Origin: Candidatus Anstonellales archaeon
Lineage (GTDB): Archaea; Micrarchaeota; Micrarchaeia; Anstonellales; CG1-02-47-40
Direction of reading: 5' to 3'
DNA length: 64,000 bases
NCBI GenBank assembly: GCA_038869735.1
Contig: JAWCQO010000001.1
Location: 8,684-72,683, forward strand
Every line of letters starts with the position of its first letter. The stretch's first letter is position 1. Below, piece after piece: positions 1 to 10,211 of the stretch. The notes under the pieces are model-generated. The model did no database searches. It worked only from the letters and a program-made list of their open reading frames with translations, and had not been told where the DNA came from. The translations under genes and the position numbers were made by a program.

Positions 1-1598
1 TAACCTAGTTTGTAGTAATATGGGCGGGCGCCTGCACCAGAGATTATTAGAAGCTTTCTTTTTTCAAATTCTTCTCTTGAGATTTTTTCTGCTTCCGCAA
101 GAAGCTTTTTTCCAAGACCTTTATGCTGGATTTTATCCATTTCACTTTGTCCTATTTCGACTTCAGCCCCATAAACATGGAGCTCGCGGATTAATGCAGT
201 TTTATCTGTTATTTCTGGTCTGTGAGAGGTAGGAGGGACTCGCAATCTACAAAAAGCTGCAAGAATGTGTTTTCGCTTATCTTCAAAGGATAAAAAAATT
301 TCATGACCTCCATTTGCTTCATAGTCAATTCTCTCTAAACTTAGATCTACATCTCCGATTTTTCGAAAACCTCGTCCTTCATTTCCAATTTCACGACACC
401 TAACACATTGACACAAAATACCTGCACGCTTGAGCTTTTGGTCCACTAGCTGCCTTAGGTTCGAATGTTTGACTCCGGCGTGGATAAGATTGGAGGGTAT
501 GTCTCGTTGGACGCGCATAACGCGAACATAGGGCGGAAAGTATTTTGTAATTCTCAGTATGACTTCTGCGGCTTCTTCGCTAGTATATGGACTAAATTCT
601 CCTCTTTTGTATTGCTCATAGAGTGGAGTTCCCTCAAGAACAAGTGTAGGGTATATTTTTAGCATATCTGGCTTAAAATCCGGGTCCGAAAAAAGAGTGC
701 GAAAGTATTTTTCGTCTTCTTGCGGAGATGCAAAAAGACCAAGCATCATGTGGTAGCAAACTTTAAATGCTGAGTTCTTAAGAAGATCAGTAGCTTTTTT
801 TACATCAGAAACGGTATGTCCTCGCTTCACCTTTTTGTATACCTCATCAGATAGAGTTTGGACGCCCAATTCCATTTGTGTTCCGCCAAGTAAAAGTGCA
901 TCGTCTATTTCGTTTTCAAAGCACCAATCTGGACGAGTTTCAAATGTAACTCCTATTACTCTATGTGTTGCTTTTTCATTTGCTTTTTTGGATTCTTCTA
1001 TTGTTGGAGAATCAAAACCATTAAAGGCATCATAACACTCCTTAACAAACTTGTGTCTATAATCTTTTGGTACGGCCAAAAAGGTGCCTCCCATTAGGAT
1101 AAGGTGGCACTTGTCAGTCGGATGGCCCTGTTGTGAATACTGCTTGAGACGAGCTAAAACTTGTTTTTTTGGGTCATAGTTGTTTTGGATTGCTCTCATA
1201 GTCATCGGCTCAAAACCAGTATAGCTTTGAGGAGCGCCGATTCCTTTTGGGCAGTAAGTACAAAAACCGACACAGGGAAAGGGTTTTGGCATAACTGCAA
1301 CGGGGGAGACTCCGGAAAGCGTACGTGTAGGTGTTTTTAGAAGAAGAGAGAGAATGCGTTTTGTTTTTTGTGAGGGACTGAGAACGGCGAGTATGTCTGA
1401 ATTCCGAAGAACAGATTGCAGGGAAAACTTTTTACTTGCCTCTTTTTTGATCTCTTGAAGGTTTGATTCTCCCTGACAGAGGGCCTTTGCTGCATATTCA
1501 GCTGCCTCTTTTCTTTTATTGTCTAGACTAAAATCTCTCTTTGTTATTTTCTTTTTTAGTAGGTGAGAATAATCGTAGTTTCGACTATCATTATCCAA
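1..1598 (-). CDS. elp3: Elp3 radical SAM/GNAT tRNA U34 modification enzyme (3' end runs off window)
   Basis: Missing from the ORF track; manual translation gives LLKTPTRTLSGVSPVAVMPKPFPCVGFCTYCP and C-terminal IISGAGARPYYYKLG in the same frame; probable TTG start at 1598 behind a GGTGG SD. Confidence 0.92.
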   Translation of the reverse strand, partial: MDNDSRNYDYSHLLKKKITKRDFSLDNKRKEAAEYAAKALCQGESNLQEIKKEASKKFSLQSVLRNSDILAVLSPSQKTKRILSLLLKTPTRTLSGVSPVAVMPKPFPCVGFCTYCPKGIGAPQSYTGFEPMTMRAIQNNYDPKKQVLARLKQYSQQGHPTDKCHLILMGGTFLAVPKDYRHKFVKECYDAFNGFDSPTIEESKKANEKATHRVIGVTFETRPDWCFENEIDDALLLGGTQMELGVQTLSDEVYKKVKRGHTVSDVKKATDLLKNSAFKVCYHMMLGLFASPQEDEKYFRTLFSDPDFKPDMLKIYPTLVLEGTPLYEQYKRGEFSPYTSEEAAEVILRITKYFPPYVRVMRVQRDIPSNLIHAGVKHSNLRQLVDQKLKRAGILCQCVRCREIGNEGRGFRKIGDVDLSLERIDYEANGGHEIFLSFEDKRKHILAAFCRLRVPPTSHRPEITDKTALIRELHVYGAEVEIGQSEMDKIQHKGLGKKLLAEAEKISREEFEKRKLLIISGAGARPYYYKLG

Positions 1599-1658
1599 GA
1601 GTGTCCACCACCGACGTAACAGGTCAACGCAACATTTTTCTTCTAAAAATTTGTCGAG

Positions 1659-2471
1659 TCATCCGACCAGATTTGAAATTAAACCTGCTAGTGCATAAAC
1701 CGGACTTTCAAATAGAGGGAATATTAAGACTCCGTTGTTTATAGCTTTGTAGTCGGATAATAGATTTGTGTGAATGAGAACAGTAACTGTTTTTTTATCG
1801 CTTACTGCGTGGCTTGATTTGGAAACGGCTATTATATCTACTTTATAGTTGCCTTCCTCGTTGCCGACAACTTCGTAGCTAATAGTCTTACTAGTCTTTG
1901 CAGGAAGGAAAAGTTCTTTTTTAAACTTCCATTCCCTAAAGCCTTCTGACCGAAGCTCAAAAACGTCGTTTGCATTCCCTTTATTGGTAAGTGTGATTGA
2001 GAATTTTGCCGGCTGGCCAGCATTTGTTTGTTTGGTTGTAGGCGTAATATCCATAGAGAGAAGATCTTTTTTTATGACTACCTTCGCAGTAAAGTCTAAA
2101 AAGCCTAATTCCTCCCGGTTTTCTTCATCAAGTATCCTCAATTTTACGTCATACTCGCCCTCCTGGGCATCTGGAGGAGCGCTAAACTCGGCTTGGAGAG
2201 GGCTTGAGGTAAGCTTGCTGTTTTTGAATTTCCATTGAGGAGGAGCGTCAGTTATGATAAGCTGGTCATATACTCCACCCTGACCAAATTTCCCTCCAAC
2301 TGAAACTTCAGGCTTTACAGAGATCGCTATGGTTTGACCCGGCCCCATTTCACCTATATTTATTACATCTCCATGGCGTAGATTTCTAAAATAAGGTTCA
2401 AGCATCTGCACTGAAAAAATTAGGTGAAATGATAGCATCAGAATAAAGAACGCGTAGACCATTTTTTTCAT
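1659..2471 (-). CDS. Exported/membrane-anchored protein with Ig-like (CARDB/NEW3-type) beta-sandwich domains
   Basis: MKK plus hydrophobic signal peptide; ITLTNKGNANDVFEL motif; hydrophobic C-terminus. Confidence 0.6.
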   Translation of the reverse strand: MKKMVYAFFILMLSFHLIFSVQMLEPYFRNLRHGDVINIGEMGPGQTIAISVKPEVSVGGKFGQGGVYDQLIITDAPPQWKFKNSKLTSSPLQAEFSAPPDAQEGEYDVKLRILDEENREELGFLDFTAKVVIKKDLLSMDITPTTKQTNAGQPAKFSITLTNKGNANDVFELRSEGFREWKFKKELFLPAKTSKTISYEVVGNEEGNYKVDIIAVSKSSHAVSDKKTVTVLIHTNLLSDYKAINNGVLIFPLFESPVYALAGLISNLVG

Positions 2472-2650
2472 GGTTCTCTCTTTACTGGAGGGATAATTTA
2501 AAGTTTTCTTTTTTCCTGCTGCTGTGTTAAAAAGATATCATGCAGGTATCCTCTGCGCTGTTTGATTAGTTCCCCAAATAAAACACAAAGGAGAGCTTCA
2601 TAAGTTGCTTTTAGATGGGGTTTAATTCTTAGTCGCTATAACATAAAGAA

Positions 2651-4489
2651 TTATAAAGAGGTACCAAGCTGTGCGGTTTTCTCTGTGAGCTGGTAAGCCT
2701 TAAAGTAGTTTTGTATTAGTTCCTTCCAATCGCAAAGGCGAACGAGATTATAGGCATCACTTTTTAATTGTTCGAGAGAAGATAAATCAAGATTGTATAG
2801 TTTCTCCAATTCGTTTGCAAGTTCGTCGACAACGGCAGTCTCAGATACGTCAGACATGCGAAGTACGGTTATTCCTCGGTTTTTTAGATTTACCCTGCTA
2901 GATACGTATCTCCCAAAACCCGTGTTGTCTGTGGTTATTGAAACATTTAGATTAAGAGCGGCTTCAAGCGGGGTATAACCAAATGGTTCGTATCTTGAAG
3001 GAAAGACACCCACATCCATTCCAGATATTACATCGTAATAATCGAGATTGAGTAATCCGTCATTTGATTTTACATATGTTGGGTAAAAAATTACTTTTAC
3101 GACGTCTTCCTTTGCATTTGTTAACCCGGCTAGAGCGCATGCTCGGACTATTTGGTCGGAGGGATAAATTAAATCAAAACAGTTTAGGGTGGGTTTTCCT
3201 GAACCGCGGCTAAAGCCGCTCATCATAGTCTCTATCTTCTGCCTCAGTTGACTCGAGACTATTTTGTTCTTTATGCATGAGCGAAGATTGGTATAGTCTT
3301 TGGTTCGAAAATCTTCACCCAGCGTTTTTTCCAATATCTCGTGTATTTTGTCAAGAAGTAAATAATTTTTTATCATGTCTACGCGAGGCCCTGATACCGC
3401 AGTTGGAGTAAAGATGAAGGCAAACACTCTTCTCTCAGGAGCTTTTTCTCTAAGGATTGAATTCAATTTTCCAAGAGCATTTATATATATGTCAAATCCT
3501 TTGTTTTTGAACTCGTACCTGCCCGAAATATAGATTAATAGAGGGTTCTTATAGGATTGGTCATAATAAGGGATAAAAAGAGATTCCAAAAATTGGATTA
3601 GCTCCAACCTTACGTATTTGGATAAGCTTGAAATCTGTTTTTCATCTTTACCTGCTTCAAAATCAATTCCATTTATAGTTATTATATCTGATTTCCGTCC
3701 AAGGATATATTTTACTTCATCGGCTACAGTCTCTGAAACAGTTGTTAAAATATCTGCTGCGTTGGCAGCAGCGACCTCAAGTTGATGTTTTCCCTCAACT
3801 TTAAGTTGGTAAGCAACCGAAACATCTATTTGTCTGGTTCCTCTAGCGGCATCAGCTAAGAGGTTATGACCGTAAGAGGATAGTGTCCTACCCAGGACTG
3901 TTGCATGCGTTGTAAATACGGTTTTGAGTGGGAGTTTTCTGAGCTTACAATAAAGGAGAGCTGAACCGGATATCCATTCATGAAAGTGTGCTACTGCCCT
4001 CTTTTTGGAGAATCTCTTGGTAGATATTAGCTCCTCAAGAAGCATGCCGACACACCAGCCCCAAAGTACGTTTTCAGAGAAATCCCATGATTTTTCCATA
4101 AGGGAGTCAATCTGAAAATGCTTCCAGAGGAGGAATTTGATATAATTTAGTTTTTTATCTGTTCTTGTTTCATGATTCTCATAAGTTACCATCAGTTCGC
4201 CGTGTTTTTTGCCGCTGATCAGGAATATTTGAGCTCCGCCTCCAAGCGTCCATCTTCCGTATTTTACTTCTATTCCGTCTCTTCCAAGTTTGTCAATGAT
4301 TTTTTGGATTTCCTCGTCTGCTTTTTCTTCTCTGAATTCAAACGTTGTCAGTTCGTCAAGAAATCCAAGTAATATATAATTATCACCGTATTTTTTGACC
4401 AGATAAGGTGCCTTTGTTTGTAGCACAGTATATATTCCACCAACCTTGCGTGCCGCTTCGCTCGAAACTTCAAAGATAATATCGGGCAT
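2651..4489 (-). CDS. Glycogen synthase, GT3 family
   Basis: FEVSSEAARKVGGIYTV, HFHEW, FTTHATVLGR, GRYEFKNKG, FPSRYEPFGYTPLE; start moved to MPDIIFE at 4489. Confidence 0.9.
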   Translation of the reverse strand: MPDIIFEVSSEAARKVGGIYTVLQTKAPYLVKKYGDNYILLGFLDELTTFEFREEKADEEIQKIIDKLGRDGIEVKYGRWTLGGGAQIFLISGKKHGELMVTYENHETRTDKKLNYIKFLLWKHFQIDSLMEKSWDFSENVLWGWCVGMLLEELISTKRFSKKRAVAHFHEWISGSALLYCKLRKLPLKTVFTTHATVLGRTLSSYGHNLLADAARGTRQIDVSVAYQLKVEGKHQLEVAAANAADILTTVSETVADEVKYILGRKSDIITINGIDFEAGKDEKQISSLSKYVRLELIQFLESLFIPYYDQSYKNPLLIYISGRYEFKNKGFDIYINALGKLNSILREKAPERRVFAFIFTPTAVSGPRVDMIKNYLLLDKIHEILEKTLGEDFRTKDYTNLRSCIKNKIVSSQLRQKIETMMSGFSRGSGKPTLNCFDLIYPSDQIVRACALAGLTNAKEDVVKVIFYPTYVKSNDGLLNLDYYDVISGMDVGVFPSRYEPFGYTPLEAALNLNVSITTDNTGFGRYVSSRVNLKNRGITVLRMSDVSETAVVDELANELEKLYNLDLSSLEQLKSDAYNLVRLCDWKELIQNYFKAYQLTEKTAQLGTSL

Positions 4490-4526
4490 GTAAAAAATAA
4501 TAGAATCATCATTTAAAAAAGCAACA

Positions 4527-5402
4527 CTAACGTTCTTCTTTTGCATTCTTGATTAGTTCTTTTACCTTATCAAAATCGACTTTGGTTGCAATTGAATTCT
4601 TGTTTTGATTTGGAGAAGAGAGAAAATATATAGTAAAGATAATTTTTGACTGCTTTTTTGGGGGAAGAGAACTTAGATAGTAGCCGAGGTCAAATGAGCT
4701 ATTATCAGATAGAATTAGTGTAAGATAACCCTCGTAAAAACGAGCCTTTTCTTCGATAGAAAGGCGATTTACATAGGACCAGAGATCTCTGTCTATTTGG
4801 ATAGGATAACGATTAATCAGATCCTTATTTTCTTCTATAAACTGCATTGTTTTGTTGAGATTTTCTTCTGCTTTGGCACGTAAATTTATAGTTATGTTCT
4901 TTCCGTATAGTTTATCTGCAATTTTTTTCATGATTAGTATTGCTGAACCGAAGAAGCTGCTACCTGAAGAGGGATAAACATCTGGCGTGAAATTCTCAAA
5001 ACATTTTTTGCAGAGTTTTTTGCCAGAAAGGAAGTATAAGATATCGGAGTTAATTTGACATTTCTCACAGATTCCGCCAATACTGCTCTCGCTATGGATC
5101 TCGTCTTTATCGGAGGCTAAATCTTCTCGTTCAATGCTAATAATATTTTTTCTTATTCTGATTTCTTCTGACCGCTGTTCGTCTTCCATATCCATTATAC
5201 AGTAATTGCAAAAGAGTCTTGAGCGGAACATCTTGAGTTCATGAGTGGGTACATATATGCCGCAACGCTGACATGGAATCTCCGAACCAACCTTTTGCAT
5301 CTGGTCTTCACAGGACACACATGCAGGTAAGCCGTTGATGTAATGCAATTCGTATTCTTTTACAGACTGACCGCAGAAGGAACATGTTCTCATAAAATCC
5401 AC
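4527..5402 (-). CDS. Hypothetical protein with three C4 zinc fingers
   Basis: CSFC..CVSC, CQRC..CNYC, CEKC..CKKC. Confidence 0.65.
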   Translation of the reverse strand: MDFMRTCSFCGQSVKEYELHYINGLPACVSCEDQMQKVGSEIPCQRCGIYVPTHELKMFRSRLFCNYCIMDMEDEQRSEEIRIRKNIISIEREDLASDKDEIHSESSIGGICEKCQINSDILYFLSGKKLCKKCFENFTPDVYPSSGSSFFGSAILIMKKIADKLYGKNITINLRAKAEENLNKTMQFIEENKDLINRYPIQIDRDLWSYVNRLSIEEKARFYEGYLTLILSDNSSFDLGYYLSSLPPKKQSKIIFTIYFLSSPNQNKNSIATKVDFDKVKELIKNAKEER

Positions 5403-5707
5403 CGTAACTTTGATGTTTTATACGTGCCTTCTTTAAGTATATACACCAAACTTTTTATTGTGGAGGGAGAATATGAAAAAGTTTTGAGGCAGGATAGTTG
5501 CAAAATCTCTTCACAGTTACATAATGAACTTAAAAAGCAAAAAAAAGAAAACAAAACAAAAGCAAAAGAAACAAAAAGAAGCATAAGATGATGAAAATGA
5601 AAAAAAATAGTTTATATAATGACCTTTTTTGTTAAATTGGTTTATAAGATTATTTTTTTGATTAAATCTGATTATATAGGTTTGATTTCCTCCAACAAAC
5701 ATAAAGA

Positions 5708-5777
5708 TTTATAAATAATGAAGGAAAAATGGATTTTCGTCTTTTTTCCATTTTCAAAAGTGGAAAAAGGGCGGAGG
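5708..5777 (+). promoter_or_regulatory. speD promoter: TATA box, 5'-UTR hairpin and SD
   Basis: TTTATAAA 5708-5715; hairpin 5741-5770; GGAGG 5773-5777. Confidence 0.5.
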
Positions 5778-5787
5778 ATATATTGAA

Positions 5788-6207
5788 ATGTTTGGGCCTC
5801 ATTTAACTATTGATATGTATGGTTGCAACAAAAGAAAATTAAAAGATATAAATTTTATTTATAGCTTTTTAGACGAGATGCCTGAACTGATTGGAATGAC
5901 AAAAATAATGCCACCTTATACATTTTCTTACAGTGGACTTAGGCCCGAAGATTGGGGCATTTCTGGAATTGTGCTGATAGCTGAAAGCCATATTTCAGTA
6001 CATACATTTCCCGAGAAAAATTTCGTTTCTGTGGATATTTTTTCATGCAAGGACTTTGATATAGAGAACGCCACTGAAGTTATAATAAGCAAATTCGAAG
6101 CAAAGACGTATGAAAAAAATTTCTTTATGAGAGGCAGACATTTCCCAAAAGACTACGGGAGAATCAGAAGCGTGATGGAGATACAGAGGATGCAGGCTAC
6201 TCACTGA
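5788..6207 (+). CDS. speD: Pyruvoyl-dependent S-adenosylmethionine decarboxylase proenzyme
   Basis: FGPHLTIDMYGC, GISGIVLIAE-SHISVHTFPE self-cleavage motif, VDIFSC. Confidence 0.9.
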   Translation: MFGPHLTIDMYGCNKRKLKDINFIYSFLDEMPELIGMTKIMPPYTFSYSGLRPEDWGISGIVLIAESHISVHTFPEKNFVSVDIFSCKDFDIENATEVIISKFEAKTYEKNFFMRGRHFPKDYGRIRSVMEIQRMQATH

Positions 6208-6302
6208 ATGGGTTTTTTGTTGTATCTCCCCTTCTAAAAGAGATGCGGGTCACTCAAAATCCAAAAAGGCTACTCACTGAATGGGTTTTTTGTTGTATCT
6301 CC
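6194..6302. repeat. Perfect 36-bp direct repeat flanking a 37-bp unique insert
   Basis: AGGCTACTCACTGAATGGGTTTTTTGTTGTATCTCC at 6194-6229 and 6267-6302. Confidence 0.95.
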
Positions 6303-7530
6303 TCTCTCTTTTTTGCTTTTCGACTATTGCACGATGAGCCATAAGGCGAATTGCATTTATCCTTATAAAGCCTGCCGAATCTTTCTGATCAAATCCACCT
6401 TCAATATGCATAGAGCTTAGCTCCTTATCATACAAAGATGAGGGGGATTCCCTTGCACGTGTAAAGACGTTTCCTTTATAAATTTCAAGGACAACCTTTC
6501 CGTCTATGTATTCTTGACTCTTGTCGACAGCAGCCATCAGAAATTCCATTTCAGGAGAGAACCAAAAGCCATAGTATATTGCTTCTGCCATTTTGGGAGA
6601 TAGCATGTCTCGAAGTCGCATTACTTCCCTATCCATAGCGATAGATTCTATATCCTTATGTGCGATATACAGAATTGTGCCTGCTGGGGTTTCATATAAG
6701 CCTCGTGATTTTATTCCAACAAAGCGATTTTCAACCATGTCTACTCTTCCAACCCCGTTTTCTGCTCCAATTTTATTGAGATAAAGAAAAAGCTCAAGGG
6801 GATCCTCTTTTACTTCATTTGTATTGAGATTGACTACTTTTATTGGGTTCCCATCTTTAAAGTAAATTTCAAGCCAAGTGCTTTTATCTGGAGCTCTTTG
6901 TGGCGATACTGTGCGAGAGTATACTGAATCATCTGGTATATGAGCAGGGTCTTCGAGTATTCCTGCTTCATGAGATATGTGCATAAGGTTTTCATCTTCA
7001 GAATATGGTTTTGAAACCGTTGCTTCTACAGGAATCCCATATTTCTTTGCGTATTGCAGAAGGTCGTCTCTCCCTTTAAACTGAGATAAAAATTCTGGAT
7101 CTTTCCAAGGTGAGATTATCTTTATTTTTGGGTCAAGAGCAAGATATGTAAGTTCAAAGCGACATTGATCATTTCCCTTTCCCGTGGCTCCGTGGGCAAC
7201 GTATTGTGCTTCTTCTTCATGAGCGATTTCTATTTGATGTTTTGCAGTAAGAGGGCGTGCGAGAGACGTTCCTAAAAGATAGCGACCCTCGTAAATTGCA
7301 TTTGCTCTGATTGCTGGGAATATGAAATCTGTTACGAATTCGCGCCTCAAATCGCGAAGAATAAATTTAGATGCTCCAGTTGAAAGGGCTTTTTGCTTTA
7401 CTTTTTCAAAGTCTTCTTTCTGGCCAAGGTTTGCAGTGAATGCTATTACCTCATAGCCTTTATCGACTAACCACCTAAGAATACAAGATGTATCAAGCCC
7501 TCCGGAATATGCAAGAACTAATTTTTCCAT
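6274..7530 (-). CDS. argG: Argininosuccinate synthase
   Basis: [36 protein letters not shown]. Confidence 0.97.
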   Translation of the reverse strand: MEKLVLAYSGGLDTSCILRWLVDKGYEVIAFTANLGQKEDFEKVKQKALSTGASKFILRDLRREFVTDFIFPAIRANAIYEGRYLLGTSLARPLTAKHQIEIAHEEEAQYVAHGATGKGNDQCRFELTYLALDPKIKIISPWKDPEFLSQFKGRDDLLQYAKKYGIPVEATVSKPYSEDENLMHISHEAGILEDPAHIPDDSVYSRTVSPQRAPDKSTWLEIYFKDGNPIKVVNLNTNEVKEDPLELFLYLNKIGAENGVGRVDMVENRFVGIKSRGLYETPAGTILYIAHKDIESIAMDREVMRLRDMLSPKMAEAIYYGFWFSPEMEFLMAAVDKSQEYIDGKVVLEIYKGNVFTRARESPSSLYDKELSSMHIEGGFDQKDSAGFIRINAIRLMAHRAIVEKQKRERRYNKKPIQ

Positions 7531-7554
7531 TTGGGTCAGACTCGAGTTTAGAGT

Positions 7555-8460
7555 TTATAGTGCAACCTTTAAGCCGAGTTCTTTTTTCAGTTCTCTATAT
7601 CTATTGCGGATGGTTACTTCAGTGACACCTGCCACATCTGCAACTTCCTTTTGTGTTCTTCTCTCCCCATAAATTGCGCTTGCGATGTACACTGCCGCAG
7701 CTGCAACTCCTGTGGGACCTCTTCCTGAAATAAGACCTTTTTTGATTGACTTTTTAAGGAGTTGAATGGCTTTTTCCTGGACCTGTCCGGAGAGTTTTAG
7801 TGCTGCTGTGAATTTGGGTACGTATTGAGACGGGTCGGTGAGAGGTACTTTGAGTTCAAGTTCCCTGCGAACAAAGCGATAGGCTCTTCCTATCTCCTTT
7901 TTTTCTATGCCCGACACTTTTGCGATTTCATCTAATGTGCGCGGGATTCCATGCAAACGACATGTCGCATAAATGACTGCAGAAACGACCGACTCAATGA
8001 GTCTGCCGCGTATGAGTTCTTCCCGGATACATCGGCGGTAAAGAAGGGCAGCGCTCTCGCGTATCGAATCAGGCAAACCAAGGTAGGATGCAATTCTATC
8101 AAGTTCTGAGAGGGCAATAGCAAGATTTCGTTCCATTGAAGAAGCAATAGATGCGCGCTTATGCCATTTTCTCATTCTATAAAACTGGGCTTGTTTTTTT
8201 GGAGAGATTTTTGCTCCACGGATATCCCTATTATATTGGTCTATTTCGGTTACTAATCCTTTGTTAGGACGCATAAATTTGATCGGTGCTCCTCCTCTCG
8301 CACGCTTTTCTTTTTGCTCTGAGTCAAATGCTCGCCACTCTGGTCCCAAATCAGCCATGCTTTCCTGGATTATCAACCCGCAGTTTGAACAGATAAGCTC
8401 GCCTCGTTTATAGTCCCTCGTAAGTTTTGTATTGCCGCAATCCGGACAAGCATTTGCCAT
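7555..8460 (-). CDS. tfb: Transcription initiation factor IIB
   Basis: CPDC..CSNC zinc ribbon, GPEWRAF B-reader, cyclin repeats, VTEVTIRNRY. Confidence 0.97.
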   Translation of the reverse strand: MANACPDCGNTKLTRDYKRGELICSNCGLIIQESMADLGPEWRAFDSEQKEKRARGGAPIKFMRPNKGLVTEIDQYNRDIRGAKISPKKQAQFYRMRKWHKRASIASSMERNLAIALSELDRIASYLGLPDSIRESAALLYRRCIREELIRGRLIESVVSAVIYATCRLHGIPRTLDEIAKVSGIEKKEIGRAYRFVRRELELKVPLTDPSQYVPKFTAALKLSGQVQEKAIQLLKKSIKKGLISGRGPTGVAAAAVYIASAIYGERRTQKEVADVAGVTEVTIRNRYRELKKELGLKVAL

Positions 8461-8903
8461 AAAGCTCTACCTCCATGCTCATGCTTAAATGGGTTTTCGC
8501 AAAATAAGCATAATGTTTATAAAATGGTAGCTTTGCTTATGACCAACCTTATTTAAAAATGTTTCTGTTAAGCTATTGGGCGTTTAGAGTGGCAACTTCA
8601 ACTAAAAACTGCTTTCTTTTTCTTATCTTATGCGCGATTGTTAGCTATTTAATTTAGATCAGCACTTTAGCTGTTGCTCTGATGAATCGCATTGTAGGAA
8701 GTGGGGTGGCGATTAAGAGTTCTTTATATAGGTTTTTGACCTGTTTAGGTTTTTGAGTGCTATGTTTTGGGCAGAATTTGTTACCTAGTTAAGAAATATA
8801 CTATAAGGATGATTGTTATGATAGTGATTAGAGCAAAAACCAATTTATCGACCATAGTTTGGCTTATTAGATTTTCTTTTATAAAAATGTTGGGGAAGGA
8901 AGC

Positions 8904-10019
8904 ATGAGGATTGCCATTGTTTCTGACACTCATTTCGGCCACTCAAAATGGGGAGAAGACGCCTTTGTCCAAGGGCGAACGGCGATGATTGAAGCCTCGC
9001 AGAAGGCTGACGTTCTTCTTATGCCGGGGGATATATTTGATTTGCCAAATCCAACATTTTCGACTGTGTTAGATTTCATATCAATAATCAATGAAATTAA
9101 AATACCGATTTTGGCTATCTGTGGAACTCATGAGATAAAACCAAAGGGTGAGATGAATATTGTTAAGTTTTTGCATTTAGCAGGTTTTCTTGTTGACATC
9201 CACAGAAATCCTCAAGAATTCGATAAAGATGGACAAAAAGTAGTTATTGTAGGATTAGGAGGAGTCCCTGAGGACTTGTTCAAACCTGCATTGGCACGGA
9301 TTAGGTTTGAACCAAAGAAAGGTGCATTTAACATATTTGTATTCCACCAATCCTTGTCTGAATTTATCTTCTCCAAAAATGAGGAATTTGCATCCTTCGA
9401 AGACCTGCCGCCGGGATTTGATTTATACGTTTGTGGCCATGTACATAAGAAAAAGGAAGCTTATGGTGGAAAATTGATTATTCCTGGTTCAACTGTACTG
9501 ACCCAAATGAAGAAGGATGAGGAAGGGGAGAAAGGATACATCATATATGACACAAAAACTAGGAATGCGGAATTTTTTCCCATTAAGACACGTCCATTCT
9601 TTTTTAGAGAGATTTTTTTTGATAATGGTGAGCCACAGCAAATAGAGGATGAGATTAAACGAACAGTTAGAGAAATATTAAAAAGCAACGAAGGAGTTAA
9701 ACCGATAATTAAATTATTTCTCTCTGGCACTATGCGTGAAGGATTAACAAATGCTGATGTGACTATCCCAAATTTTGAAGAGGCATTTGTTTTTATTGAT
9801 AATTCAATTGAATCAAGTTCATTTGCAAAAAAAGTGAACGCTATTCGAATGATGATAAGTGAAAAAATGAGCATCTCAGAAACAAGTCTCAGAATACTGA
9901 GAGAACACCTTAAGATGAGTGGGGTAGAAGCCTCAGATTTAAAGGAACTTTTAGAAAAGCTTTGCGATGGCGAAAATGTGGATATTATTAAATACTTGAA
10001 AGAAGTTAAGAATGACTAA
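8904..10019 (+). CDS. mre11: Mre11/SbcD DNA repair nuclease
   Basis: SDTHFG, GDIFD, GTHE, FHQ and GHVH metallophosphoesterase motifs; PGS motif. Confidence 0.85.
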   Translation: MRIAIVSDTHFGHSKWGEDAFVQGRTAMIEASQKADVLLMPGDIFDLPNPTFSTVLDFISIINEIKIPILAICGTHEIKPKGEMNIVKFLHLAGFLVDIHRNPQEFDKDGQKVVIVGLGGVPEDLFKPALARIRFEPKKGAFNIFVFHQSLSEFIFSKNEEFASFEDLPPGFDLYVCGHVHKKKEAYGGKLIIPGSTVLTQMKKDEEGEKGYIIYDTKTRNAEFFPIKTRPFFFREIFFDNGEPQQIEDEIKRTVREILKSNEGVKPIIKLFLSGTMREGLTNADVTIPNFEEAFVFIDNSIESSSFAKKVNAIRMMISEKMSISETSLRILREHLKMSGVEASDLKELLEKLCDGENVDIIKYLKEVKND

Positions 10020-10043
10020 AAAAGGAAAGGAGTTTGAGTAGGT

Positions 10044-10211
10044 ATGTCTGTATCACGGACAACTATAGGAACGCCACCTTCTTCAGCAGGAATACTTGGC
10101 ATAAGTGCAAATGAAGATATGGGTGGAATAAAATTTGAACCAGGGGCAGTAGTAATTTTTACTGCAGTCTTTATCTTGTTGGTTAAAATCGTAGATTATC
10201 TGGTAAGATAG
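10044..10211 (+). CDS. secG: Preprotein translocase subunit Sec61beta (55 aa)
   Basis: Below ORF cutoff; MSVSRTTIGTPPSSAGILGISANEDMGGIKFEPGAVVIFTAVFILLVKIVDYLVR has the SAG..IK.EP motif plus one TM helix. Confidence 0.85.
   Translation: MSVSRTTIGTPPSSAGILGISANEDMGGIKFEPGAVVIFTAVFILLVKIVDYLVR

Noticed and set aside
5500..5700. A/T-rich tract as replication origin or C/D RNA (ATGATGA at 5588)
   Set aside because: No ORB repeats, no cdc6 and no properly spaced D box; likely a divergent promoter region
6194..6302. True CRISPR array
   Set aside because: Only two repeats, both made of coding 3' ends; no leader or cas genes; kept as a duplication finding
8676..8720. Hammerhead ribozyme or guide RNA in the tfb-mre11 gap (CTGATGA plus AATCGC/GCGATT stem)
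   Set aside because: No GAAA core after the stem, no D box and no clear K-turn; only a modest hairpin
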